From Saccostrea echinata (Eukaryota), in contig NW_026889758.1 in assembly GCF_033153115.1 (NCBI RefSeq), forward strand, positions 4,588,001 to 4,652,000: DNA of 64,000 nucleotides, written 5' to 3'. Shown piece after piece: positions 34,036 through 47,600 of this stretch (position 1 is its first letter; each line of letters opens with the position of its first letter). The position numbers and the translations under genes were made by a program. The notes under the pieces were generated by a model, which worked only from the letters and a program-made list of their open reading frames with translations, ran no database searches and was not told where the DNA came from.

Positions 34036-37000
34036 ATGAAGAAAGTTTTGATAGCTATGGATGGTAGCAAAGAGTCTGTGTATGCTTTCAATCGTGAGTA
34101 CAAAACTTTTAAAATTAGGCAAGCTATTGTTAAATAAGTTTATGAAACTAGGTTATCAACAGTCTGATTTATGTTAAGTCAACAGTTTGCTAATTGTATG
34201 GTTTTTACATTGACCTTGTTATAAATACAATCTATCGTTAAGTAAAAAGTTGACTGACATTTTTCATATAAATTGCTAGGCCATTATTTTCTCACCGAAT
34301 TGTTTGGGGATTTTTCCGTTTGCCCGATTATAACAATAAGTTGGCCAGTCGACAGAGTAGTATGTAAAGGACATCTCTGTCAAGAATTGCATTTTTTTCC
34401 TTTCACTTAGTTAACATTTGTTAGAATATCGATTTCACTTTGAGGGGGCACAACCATACATTTTCAGTCAAGTATCAAAATTCCTTGACAAGCAAAAAAA
34501 AAAAAAGAAGAAGAAGAAAAGTCACCAGAGGTTATTATTGAGGGGTAACAAGCATATAGTAGCTATGTTTCTATATTATTCTATATATCGGCAAAATTCC
34601 TACGGTAATGATAATGTTTATTAATAAAATTAATGTCAATAATGGGGGGGGGGTCATTCAAACGTCATTTATTTGTGAGAAAAGGAAACTCAGGTGAGTT
34701 TTATCACATTTTGATCTTTCAAGCAAATATCTAGACAATGTAGTTTTACTTCTCATTTAATGTTTCCTTTTTATGCCCCCGTATTGAAGATTCGGGGGTA
34801 TATAGTTTTTGCCCTGTCCGTCCGTCTGTCTAGCTGTCTGTCTGTCCGTCTGTTTGTCCGCAGAAACTTTAACCTTGTCCATAATTTTTGATTGGTTGGA
34901 GGCTATGGCTTTCATATTTCACATGTGTATTCCTTGTGACAAGACCTTTCTTTGGGTACCACCATATTTGACCTTTTGACCTTGGAGTTTGACCCAGTTT
35001 TACAAAATTTTACCAAACTTTAACCTTGGCCATAACTTTTGAACAATAGGTGCTAGGGCTTTCATATTTCACATGTGTAATCCTTGTGACAATACCTTCT
35101 TTAGGATACCAACAACTTTGACCTTTTGACCTTGACCTAGGAGTTTAACCTACTTTTGGAAAACTATAACCTTGGTCATAACTTTTGAACGATTGGTGCT
35201 AGGGCTTTCATACTTCACATATGTAATCCTTGTGACAAGACCTTTCTTTGGATGCAACAACTTTGACCCTTTGACCTTAACCTTGGAGTTTTACCTACTT
35301 TTGGAAAACTTTAACCTTGGTCATAACTTTTGAACGATTGGTGCTTCGGCTTTCATATTTCACCTGTATTTCTTGGGAGAAGGCCTTTCCTTGGGCACCA
35401 TTAATTTTGACCATTTGACCTTGATGTTTGACATACTTTTGAAAAAACTTTAACCTTTTCCCTATCTATTCAATGATTGCTGCTAGGTCTTTCATATTTG
35501 ACAGGTTTATTTCTCGAGACTAGACCTTAATTTAGGTACCAACATATTTGATTTGCATTTGAGAAAGTTTAACCTTTGCTATAAATTGCCATACGGGGGC
35601 ATCAGTGTTTCACAAACACATCTTTTTTCCAATTACAATTACATACATGTATATTCAATTCTAAAACGCTGATATGTTCATTTCTGAAATGCTGATATCT
35701 AAAGCAAGCTTTTTGTGCATATTTCAATCTTTTCATGGTATGTATACATATTTGTAAGAAATTTGTAAGAAATCAAAATTTTCAGAATACGTTGAAAAAA
35801 TACACAACACAAACAACTACGTGATATGTGCTCACTGTGCCGAATACAAAGAGGCGGATCCTGGAGGTAAGTCTGGCGGATCTGATTTACAATAAATTAA
35901 ATAATTGCCGAAGTACATTTTAATACAATTGCGTTATCGCCTCAGACAGGAAATAAATCACTCTGGATACTTTTTTTCAAGGGACTTTCTAAATGTCTTA
36001 TTAATGGCCGAATCATTTGAGATAGATTAAAATATCAATATAATTCTTATTTAACATTTGCTTTATTTGTACAGTCGCTTGATATTCTTCCCATTCCTTA
36101 CATTTCTATTTTTACTCCATACAAGAATGAGAAATTCATGAAAATTCGTCAACATTATATCAAGAACAAAAAATGAAATAAAACAAATGTGCAAAGGTTT
36201 TAATTTATAGGATCATTAGATAAACCCTGGTGAAATTATAAAGTTGCTTAACCATTGACCTGGAGCGGCATTGCTACGTCATTTTAAACGTCACATGAGC
36301 CTTGGATTTTCCTCATGTTGAAACGATGGGGAAGCGTTACCTCTTTTTGTCATCATCTATAAATCAGTCTCCCTCTCTTCTTTAATGATTCTTTTGAAAA
36401 ATTAAATGTGTGTTGCTGCTACCCCAATGTAAAAAAAAAGTGTCATATACAGCCCTGACTAGCATCATGCAACTTACCAACTTTTGCACCGCAGGTTAAC
36501 GTTGTGTAGTCAGTAATAAATGATGGTTGTCTGTTGCCATCGTTTTCACTTTTGTTGAATAATAAATTTATAAAAATAAAAATATTTTTTAAAAAAGTAA
36601 ACATTGTTTTTATCTAAGCAGGTCACTTAGTCTGGATAGTAGTTCTTGGCGTTACACAATTTTTTTTTAGGTATGCTCGCTGCTCCGCCTTGACGTCAAA
36701 ATTCATGTTGCCGTCGTAATTTTTTACACCATGATGAAAATTATTTATGTTCTTCGTATTTATGGTCTAAATTCTATCAAACTTGCATACAATGAAGTCA
36801 AAATAAAATTGTAACAATAATATACATAATTTGAAAAATGTTCGCACTTATTACTGGTCCACCGGAACTTTATGCAATTATGTTCATTCTCCGATTTCGT
36901 AACTGCGCCGGGTAAACCTACATCTATTCATTGATATACCATAGAAAAGAAAAAATAAAAAAAAATCCTGAAATATTTCTTGTTTTTATTTATTATTAGC

Positions 37001-38821
37001 GTTTGTTAAACGTATTAAGCCAATTTTCACCAAAAGACGTTCATTAGAAAGGAGAGTAAACAGAATGTCTCAATAATTTCCGAACAGGCCTCTTACATGT
37101 ATGTAGATATCCTAGCTATATATAAAGGTCATTTTAAAATAAATATAAACACAAATGTTTTTATGTTTTTTCTTCAAGTTCTCTCCATTGCACAAGTCGG
37201 TTACGATGTTATTGAAGGATTGTTAGAGGAAGACGAAAAGCGTATACTGTCAATTTTGGACAATATAGAGAGCTTGCTCATATCCAACCAGGTAAGAACA
37301 CGGGGTGGGGGGGGGGGAGGGGGGGCAAAAGCGTTTTGTACTATCACCAGTTCTTTACCTTCTTCATTCTACGGGGGACAATCACATGCCAAAATCATCT
37401 ATCGCCTGTATATTTTCATCACAATATTTATATTAATGTTAATTTTATAAAATTCTTAGTTCTTCTATAACACTCTCCAGAACATTTCAATATCTAAATG
37501 TAATTTAAATTACATTTTAGGAGGGAAAAGGGGGGAGGGAGTCGGAAATGAAAAATTCCAAAGTAAAAATAATTACGTGTAAGAATTTCTTGTTTATTTT
37601 CAGAAAATAGCTCTTGATAAAAATTTGATAACTCACAATAAAAACAATATTAATAAAAGTTTCATACTGATTGAGTAAGGGGTACTCTACAAATATATTA
37701 TTTCTGAATACAAATGAATTTAACTTTGTACTAGTACGTTAAGGAAAATCGCTGAGGTTAAGGCTACATGAGAGCAAAGTCTTCAGAAAATCACTGTTAA
37801 AACATAAACTGTTAATTTTCGGTCTTTCCAATGGCAGTAGGGCGGAGAGTACATGTATATAGTGTTCTAAAGGTCTCGCTAGTGAGCAAGCTTTTCTGGT
37901 AGTTCAGTAGGGTCTCCATTCATTTTTTTATTTCCACAATAAGTTAATTCAATACGTACAAAACATTTTCATTATATAATTTCATCGTTTTAAAAGATGA
38001 AATGTGAAAATAACGAGCAGAAATCATGCTCAAACGTTCATTGAAACTATACAAATTGTAAGCAGAGCAAACACGGACATCTGAAAACATCAGAGGTGGG
38101 ATCAGGTGCCATGGAGGTGTAAGCATTCTTTGTCGACCGGTTACACCCGCCGTGTACCCTTTATCATGTCCGTACTCAATTCAGTATGAAAATACTAGCC
38201 TAACAATTTGAAGGAGAGACGTCGGTCAACATTAGTACACCTAACAATAGATTGTATTTGTAAAAATGATTATTGTATCAACCATAGAATTTGCTAAATG
38301 TTGACTTTAAACAAGATTGAAGATACCCTTGTAACATCAACTTATTTTTTTGTAGTCTGCCTCTTTTCAGAAATTGAAGAACATGGTATTATATTTCGAA
38401 TCAACTTGTAGACATAAATCCCATATGCAGGTGATAGTGATAATGATCACTGCTATATTAATAGAGAAAGTCGACAACAGACGTTAATCATAAAGTTTGT
38501 CATCCATGTCTTTCTCTTGTAAAATATCCAGATATGAAGCAGATGTGTCCGACTTCGTGTGCACGACTTTCTTTTTTCAAAGTTGAGTACCTACTTGTAA
38601 GATAACTATATTTTTATTACCAGGTAGAAGGAGAGGTGGTCAGGCTGGAAGGTGATCCCAAAAACGCAATCATTTCAAAAGCGACAGAAGTAAACGCAAT
38701 CATGATAGTGATTGGGTCACGTGGGCTTGGAAAAATCAGACGCACGCTTTTCGGAAGCGTCAGTAACTTTGTAATTCATCATTCTCCTGTGCCCGTGGCC
38801 ACTTGTAAATACGAAATATGA
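34036..38821 (+). CDS. Universal stress protein, copy 3
   Basis: Exons 34036-34093 (MKKVLIAMDGSKES), 35786-35866, 37179-37291, 38624-38821 (IVIGSRGLGKIRRTLFGSVSNFVIHHSPVPV). Confidence 0.9.
34768..35624 (+). mobile_element. HINE/Helentron-type element with (GTCC/GTCT)n and about 120-bp central repeats, in USP3 intron 1
   Basis: TTTTATGCCCCCG..CGGGGG 5' hairpin, microsatellite, tandem TGACCTTGACC units, 3' CGGGGGCATCAGTGTTTCACAAACAC, T-rich target. Confidence 0.8.
37990..38560 (-). mobile_element. Penelope-like 3' fragment in USP3 intron 3
   Basis: Reverse complement of the 31620 tail (CAGAGGTGGGATCAGGTG..GGAGGTGTAAGC) plus RT C-terminal remnants. Confidence 0.6.
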
Positions 38822-39369
38822 TTTATTTTTTATTTTAAATAATGTAATTTAAAAGAGGTATAGCGTATCGCAAACTACTAGTTTGAAGTTTTTTAATTAA
38901 TTTTGTTCATTTTTTTTGTCTTGTTTTATTTCTTTTCTTCTTTTTTTAAATTGCTTGTTAATTTCTTGTTCTTTGCTTTGATTGTATTTTATTTGACAAT
39001 AAAATTATTTAAAATGCTGAAATTATAGTATTTGAATATTCTTTTAATTTTCTTGTTTTGTATTGGCCCATTTAACTACATTGAAGTAAGATCTTACTCC
39101 CACTATGAAGATTACTTTGAATTTATTGGACGTCATTTTATTTTATAAACCCCCTGATTTGGTTTGACTTCTACAACGGAACATCAGTAAAGTTGATTTA
39201 AGACTATTTTTGTCCAATGTCTATGTGATTTGTGATTTATTTCTCCGTCTTGCGAACTTTATACTTGTTATTTTTTCTCTTCTGTTCATATTAATCACTA
39301 CAAACAAAGATAAATACCAGGATGAAGAAAATGTTCTACATATGTACCAAGTCTCTTTCTTTAGTCCTC

Positions 39370-40200
39370 ACGACAATAATGACAGCAGTGGAGGAGAAAC
39401 TTCAGCTGTACTCTGCAACAATATACGGTATTCGAAAAGTGATGCTAATCAAACGTGGATACTAAAAAAGAAAACTAACAGAACTTATGGAAAATGCGAA
39501 ATAAAAAAAATGCAAAAAATCAATAGCAGCAAAATATACGACTTTTTAATATTTTATACAACCATTCCTCACGATAAAATACACAGCAGTCTTTTTAACA
39601 TCATAGAAAACTGCTTCTTGAATAAAAATGGAACTTTATATTTTCTAAATATTGTGATTGCTCATCTACAATCTTCCATATTTCCACTTACAACTTACAA
39701 GTACTCAGTACTCTTAAGTTGATATTAAAAGATGCTTAAGTTCCTCATTGATAATATCTTTATGAATCTTCCAACAATTTGTTGGAATTACCATGGGTAC
39801 TAATTGTTCCCCTTTATTAACAGACCAGTTTTTGTNNNNNNNNNNNNNNNNNNNNNNNNNNNNNNNNNNNNNNNNNNNNNNNNNNNNNNNNNNNNNNNNN
39901 NNNNNNNNNNNNNNNNNNNNNNNNNNNNNNNNNNNNNNNNNNNNNNNNNNNNNNNNNNNNNNNNNNNNNNNNNNNNNNNNNNNNNNNNNNNNNNNNNNNN
40001 NNCTAGCTAATGCATACGATATTCATGCCTCCCAGATGCTTCGATACCTCCGTAGGAGCAATTTCTAAACTAAAGCAGGCCACTGACAAATAGGTCGATG
40101 TTTAAAGGGTATTAAAAAAATTCGTTTAAAGTAAACATTTTCTAAATTCTATGGTCCATACAATGACCTTTTTGACATTTTCAATCTCCCGTTATTTGAA
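39370..40200 (+). pseudogene. Degenerate Penelope-like RT fragment spanning an assembly gap (N 39836-40002)
   Basis: YTTIPHDK..FNIIENCFLNKNGT; MGTNCSPLL. Confidence 0.65.
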
Positions 40201-41512
40201 TTTTGATGTCTACACCCACTTCATTCTACATTACAAATAATTCCACTTCTAATGTTTTTAGAGGTTCATGTTTCTTCTACGGTTAATTTGTATTGCTTTT
40301 TTATTTGACTTTTAAGCATGATTATTTTTTTTTTCATTTTTATTGAGGAAGCAGTTGTCTATGATGCCAAAAAGTCGATTCTGTCTCTGATTTATCGTGA
40401 GGAATGGTTGCAAAAAGCATTGGTAAATCAAACGTTTTCATGTTATTGATTTTTGACATTCGAAGTGCATGTTTGAGGGTTGTCCCAAAAAGTCGTAGAC
40501 AGGGAAAACGTTTTAGTTTCTATTTACTAATTAAATTTCTTTTTTGTCATAGTAAAAGTAACATTTTATGATCATGAATTTCAATTTCTATAGTAATGAC
40601 ACATTTAGTAAGGAAACATTGTAAAAATGAAGAAAGCATTTGTGCATATCGGCGCACGAAAGCAAGCGTTTTTAAGTTTTGCTTAACAAGCGTCTCTTAA
40701 GCATCTCATTGATTTTTTCAAACTGGCAAACCACTCTTGACTGAGGGGATAATTAAATTTCACCAATGTCCACAAACAGTACTCTACTTTTTATAAGCCT
40801 GACTATTTTTAGTACGGAGGTAAAAACTGTCCTTGAATCTATTATGCCATTTATAAACAACTTCTCTGCTAACGTTCTATATACTGTGCAATCTCACTTC
40901 TTTATCTTTTTCCTTCTCTGAAATGGACAAACCACATTTGAAACATTTCTTACATCCCCTTCCGCTGGTAACGCGTTTGACGACATCATTTGCAGCAAAC
41001 TCAATTCCAACAACAGTTAATATTTTGACGGGACAAGTCTTTTACCACAATGTACATGTAACTCGAGTTTCCTCAAACACAGATCTTAAGACGAGTCTTA
41101 ATACCGTCCTTATTTTATAAGTGTTTATCGTGAAGAGAGGCAAACGTCAATATTAAATGATTCAAGTAGGAAATTAACGATTGAAAAACATGTATGTCAT
41201 ATGAGCAGAATTATTTTTAATTTGAAAAATCTTCATTTCTAATCTATTTTTGATTTTTATTGAGGATAAAATTTCCAAACAAAATGAAAATGAAATCTAT
41301 TCTTGATAACATATATATTTTATTTTTGAAGAATTGTGATATCTCTTTTGCAGAATGATAAAAGATTCCGAGATATCCCGTTTTGACTTTATGCGCGAAA
41401 TTTACATTATAAAGAAAAAGATCTTTCAAAATATAATCACTCGGAGCTCCTCGGGTGGCTCGTGCCTCGCACACTAACCTCGAATATGAAAGGTGTTCTA
41501 CCATTTTACATA

Positions 41513-42485
41513 CACTAGACAAAATTGCTAACGCACCACCAAAAAAATTTAATATTTTACATTTCAAAACTTGTTTATGATGTACTTGATATATAATTAT
41601 GTCACTTAAATAAAAAAAAATGAGGCATTTAAATGTCTTTACTGATAGATAACTACAATGTTTACTGAAGCGTAACCATTTCACAGAAAAAATTAAAATC
41701 GTGTCCATACTTTTTCGGAAGAAAAAATTTCTATTTTTTCTTTGTGTTTGTGTTCTTTATATTTGTACTAATTAAAAACTCAGAAAAAAAAGTTTCACCG
41801 TATGCCTCGTTTGACCTTAGAAGAGCGTGTTAAAGCAGACAGTATGGTGGCTGCAGGAGGTTCCTTTGGAGAGATTTGTAAAAAATGAAAACAATTAAAA
41901 GATTATGAATTCCTTTAATGAGAAATTGTTGCAAATAGATTAACAAAAATTAAAATGTTTACTATAGATAGCCACGGCATTAAGTAAGCAGCACACGATA
42001 ACTTGAAAATTGTACCACAAAATTGGGTCAGCCGGAAGTTGGGTGGATTTGCTATGGGCACCAAGGCACTGGATGACTACAGGCGATATGATAGTCAATA
42101 GCTGTATATTATTTTATTTTTAACTGGGAGACTGCTTCTGTGGCATCCTCACGGACCACCTTTGGTGATCACCAACTTTATATCTGGGCAAAAACGGTGC
42201 GCAGTGCACGTCGGGAAATTAGTTTTCGAGAAAGAAGGTCATTTAAGGGTCTTGTCATGACATAAAGACATTTGTCAATCCCACTGTTTTGGAAAAGATG
42301 GCATATTTTATATACTATTACCGATCGGGCAAATGTTCAATTCACAAATAAGTCATGACATAAAGACATTTGTCGATCCCACTGTTTTGGAAAAGATGGC
42401 ATATTTTATATACTATTACCGATCGGGCAAATGTTCAATTCACAAATAAGAATAACGAGTGGTGCGTTAGCAATTTTGTCTAGTG
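41513..42485 (+). mobile_element. Internally deleted Tc1-like transposon
   Basis: TIR CACTAGACAAAATTGCTAACGCACCAC / GTGGTGCGTTAGCAATTTTGTCTAGTG with TA on both sides. Transposase remnants MPRLTLEERVKA (41802) and KTVR..RE. 98-bp tandem duplication at 42254-42449. Confidence 0.85.
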
Positions 42486-44675
42486 TATATACAATCATGT
42501 GATCCAATACGAAATTCCTCCAAATACTATGCTTTTGAAATCTGAGTTACTTTGTGGTACGCCCAACACTATGTTTCTGCTTTCAAAGACTACGAACAGA
42601 GGGTAGTAATCAAAACCAATATACAAGAAAGAAATCGACAAGATAGGAAATTTTGTGAACTTTATGCGGAGCGAAATATGAAGTGAGTCAAAAGGCAGTT
42701 CTGGTGAAGAAATGCATCGATTTGATGCATATTCCCCCACCAATCACATCCGAGGTTTGTATGGAGCGTAGCGGAGTCAGGCGAGGATTGCCGATTGATA
42801 TATATTGTAAGCTCCCCACGGATGGCCTTTCATAAATGGGGGTTACAAAATATAACATTATACTGTTCACACACAAGTACGGTGGTACTTCAGTCTTGGT
42901 TAACTTCAGTATTGTAAACAGAACGAGAGTTTCTCAAAGGTAACAATAATAATTTATTTATAAGCACATTTCAGCAATAACAACATCAGGTATAAAACAT
43001 GAGTTTGGTCGGTGGCGTCTACCGTACAGGGCTATGGTATAAATGGGGCGGGGCACCAAGGTGACCGTCAACTCAAATATTAAATAGTAATTAATAATAA
43101 TGTTTTCAAATAATAAATAGTTGTCCAGTGTGTTGGGAGATAATTGTCTTAATTAATTCTCACCTAATATTGGTTGATGGAAAGCTGGAATTTGAATTTA
43201 GCGCTAAGAGAACTTAGACAAGATTATCTGCCATTATTGGCTGATCGACTCATATATATAGACTTTCTGAGATGCGACGTGATAGGGCTTAACCAATGAA
43301 ATAAGTGTACGGTGACACTCGACCAATCGTGGCAATGTACGGCAACGCACAACATGAGATTTGCCGTACAGTGCCAAACAAGTTTGCCATACACAAAGAA
43401 TAAATAATTAAAAACAAGCTGTGATTTAACAAATACACATGGATTAATTTAATATGACTATGCTGGATGTTGTCCTTATCTGTAAGTAAATATTCAGTTC
43501 CTAGAAATATGTATAATTGTCATAAAAACATTGAATCGTATAGCAGACAATGTCAACTAAGTACTTTCAAATACGAGTACAATGATAAGCTATTAAATGT
43601 ACAAATGACTGCCTGATTATGATAAATAGTTTGTAACAATTATTCTAGCAATAATTTGAGTTATTTCAAATAATAAACAATCAATAAAATCACAGAGATA
43701 CAAAATGCGAAACTCTGGCTAGTATGTACGTTACATCAACAAAGATGGCAGCGGGTTGCATACAAGAGTATCCAGAACAAATAAATCGCGCTATTACAGT
43801 TCTTTAAGATTATAACATCTCCCCCCAGTTCATGAATAATGACAAGAAAACATGTAGTTTTAAAAGGTATGTGACCGAATTCATGAGATACAGAATTAAA
43901 TTAGAAAATAGATTATTCACATATCAGCATGTGCTATAAATAGAATAAATACATAACATGTTTTTAAAAACAGAAACTGTCTTACAAACAATTGAAATAA
44001 TGTTTCTGCAAAGATGCAATCATAAAATACACAATAGAATACAGTACAATGGCAGAGCTGAATGTTGTCAAAATTATATATATTACATTACATTAGGTCT
44101 TACAATATATAATTCCAAGAAAAATCGTTCTACGTTACAGATATCTTTATTTTTAGAAAGAGATATCTCTCTTATTGAAAGAGATACTCTCCTTTTGTAA
44201 CAGAGATGTATTTTTTTTAATTATCAGAGAGATTTCTCTTAAACAGTGATACCTCTCTATCTTGCAGAGTTAATATCTATCTATGAAAAGGGATATCTCC
44301 TTTTGATAGAGATATCTCTAGAAGACTGAGAGGTATCTCTTTATAAGTACTAGTAGATATAACCTAACAGTAAGAGATACCATTTACAGTAAACATTTCT
44401 TTTAATCAAGGAGACATGATTGCAGTTTTCAGAATAAATGGTAAATTAAATTGTCTTTTATTTGGAAAGAAACCAGTGATATTTCAAAAGATAGCTTAAA
44501 GTTTTTGTATTCTTCTGTATATCTTCCAAACCATCAGTATAACTATTTGGCGTCATATAAAATTTGTTACTGGATATCGCATCGACAGAGAACGCCCCCA
44601 ATACAGTACTTTCAGTACTTAGATTATAACCCATTATCACATTTCAGACCCCGGATATATAAACAAACCGTTAAA

Positions 44676-47600
44676 ATGGCATTGTATGACCTGTGCATCG
44701 TTGGGGCAGGTATGATGGGGTCTGCCGCGGCCCGTCATGCTTCAGAGAAATCAGGGGTAAAAGTTTGTCTCATAGGCCCTCAAGAACCAAAGGTAAGTTA
44801 AAATTAACTTTTATCAATGTCAATAACTTTTCTCGTTGTCAAATAAGGCCATTCCAAGTTTATTTCATGATTAGTGTTCAGGTGTTCAATAAAAAATCAA
44901 AAGCCTATCTTGCTATCACAAAGAAAACTCAAATTAACAGAAAAAATACAGCATTAAAGATAAAGTCTACATTATTATCATTCGAGAATTTCCTTTATAT
45001 TGTAACAAAATGATTAATAGTATTACAAATTAATCAACTTATCCCATTTTTTGACACAGAATATAAAAAAAGAATGTAAAAGAAGAATAATATAATATTA
45101 TTATAATAAGCAAACATAAAAACTAAGTGATTTTTTTGTAAGTTTGTATTGTATTGTTTTGAAATTAAATTTTATACCTATAAAACCAATCCGTCCGCGA
45201 GGAACAACAATCTTGGAATGGCCTANNNNNNNNNNNNNNNNNNNNNNNNNNNNNNNNNNNNNNNNNNNNNNNNNNNNNNNNNNNNNNNNNNNNNNNNNNN
45301 NNNNNNNNNNNNNNNNNNNNNNNNNNNNNNNNNNNNNNNNNNNNNNNNNNNNNNNNNNNNGGTATCCGTCCGAAATATACATTGAGGGTATCCATCTCTT
45401 ATTTCAAAAATCCCAACTCCTCTATGAGACTTTCACAGAATCTTTATTGCATAGTGTCATTAATTGTTTACTAGATCGATTTTCGAAAAATGAAATTATA
45501 ATTCAAGCCGTCAGTAGAAACCATAAATTACCTATATTGATATGCAACAATATTCAGATTAGGGAAATAGTTAGTGGAAACGAAGTATTTGGAACACATT
45601 ATGATGAAGGAAGGATCATGCGGGCCACCGCAACAAGTCCATTGTGGGCAGATCTTGCCAAACGGTCGGAGGAGAGATATAGGGAACTAGAGAATCTTTC
45701 GGGTACCTTTATTAATTTTATAATTGTTTAAATTAGGTATCTAATACGCATTTATCTAATGTTGTAAAATTAGGTATCTGATACGTATTTATCCAATGCT
45801 TTAAATTTTCCTGATCGCCTCAGTTCGATAGACGATATAATTAGCTTTTCTTCTTTTTTTTTAAATTTTGTGTGTCCTTTTCATATACTTTTTTTCTCCA
45901 TCATTGAAGGTGTACAGTTTTACCACGAAATAGGGGCACTAACAGTTGGCACAAGATATGGACAGTTTATTGGGAGGACAAAATCCAGTCTGAAAGGGGG
46001 TCCAAAAGGTTATGATAATGTCGAAATCCTTGCCGCAAAAGAACTTAATGATAAATTTCCGTATCTTACTTTCGCAGACAATGATGAAGGCATCATGGAA
46101 AAGAGCCGGGCTGGCTATATAAATCCAAGAAAGATGGTTATGGCTCAAATAGTAGTTGCTGTCAACCAAGGATGTGACGTCATTCGCGATATTGTACTCA
46201 ATATTGAAAAATTACAGGGGGTATATAAACTAACCACAGAAAGAGGGAAAATTATTTGGACAAAGAAGGTTCTATTAGCAACCAATGCTTTTACGGGGAT
46301 GCATCAACTTTTAAAGAATCCCGTGTCATACAAAGCCATGCCACAGACCGTGACACTTGCCGCCGTCAGTGAAAACACAGCAAAGCGGCTAAGGTATAGC
46401 TGCAGTAATGTAGCCCTCTCCGATTTTTTTTTTTTGGGGGGGGGAGGGCTACAACTCCTTAGGATCTCCATAATGGTGCAAGTGCGGGAGTGATTCACTA
46501 CCGCACAGATTTCGGCTCAAAGTATCAGTAAATGGGTATTTTATTAACATATCTTACCTGAACTCATAAAATGTAGTTATGCAAGATATGAATTGATCCA
46601 AAAATATACAGAACAATCCGTATATCGGTTATTTTTCGCGTATATCAACATCACAACTTGAATTTATCCGCCATGTTTACTGACCTTGATCGATTTTACA
46701 ATGAGAATTCGGGATCTAGGGGAGCGGATCGTTTAGGATTTCCCTTATTTTAAGCATAAATATCACTGTTTATGAAAAAATATCGCATGGAATGCTTTTA
46801 TTTATCCATGTTTAGTGATATCTTTCAACACAAACATTTATCAACACCGACATTTACTTTATCAAGTGATTCTAAATTTCAAGCGCAAGTCTCTGTACAT
46901 CACGCGAGAACTGTCATGGCTTCTGAGGAGAGCGACTGGTAAACATGCAGATTTATTTTACTTGGTTTTCGCGTATAAAGGGTATGATGTTGATAGTGAA
47001 TAAAAATTCCGTCTTATTGGAAGTAAGTTGAATGCAAAAACATTTATTTTGCCTGCAGTCCCCTGTATCTAAAAAATATATTTGCACCATTACGGAGATG
47101 CAGTGGAATTGTAGCCCTCTCCTGAAAATATCAGATTAAAAAAAATCGGAGAGGGCTACATTATTGCAGCTACTAAGGTATAGTAAAGTTTTTTGAATGG
47201 CGACTGAGGTATAGTACAGTTATTGTAAGACGGTTGAGGTATAGTACAGTTATTGTAAGGCGGCTGAGGCATAGTATTTTTTTTGTAAGACGGCTGAGGT
47301 ATAGTACAGTTATTGTAAAGTGGTTGCGGTATAGTACAGTTATTGTAAGGCAGCTGAGGTAAGTACAGTTATTGTAAGACGGCTGAGGTATAGTACAGTT
47401 ATTGTAAGACGGCTGAGGTATAGTACAGTTATTGTAAGGTGGCTGAGGTGTAGTACAGTTATTGTAAGGTGGTTGCGGTATAGTAAAGTTATTGTCAAGC
47501 GATGGATATATAGTACAGTTATTGTTAGGTGACTGAGGTATAGTAGTTATTGTAAGGCGGCTGAGGTATAGTACAGTTATTGAATGACCGTTGAGGTATA

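Noticed and set aside
42864-43395. Possible solo LTR or CCAAT-box promoter upstream of the oxidoreductase
   Set aside because: Several CCAAT/ATTGG motifs are present, but I could not fix TG..CA ends with a TSD or a TSS.
39793-45731. ORFs running through X stretches
   Set aside because: Artefacts of N gaps at 39836-40002 and 45226-45360.
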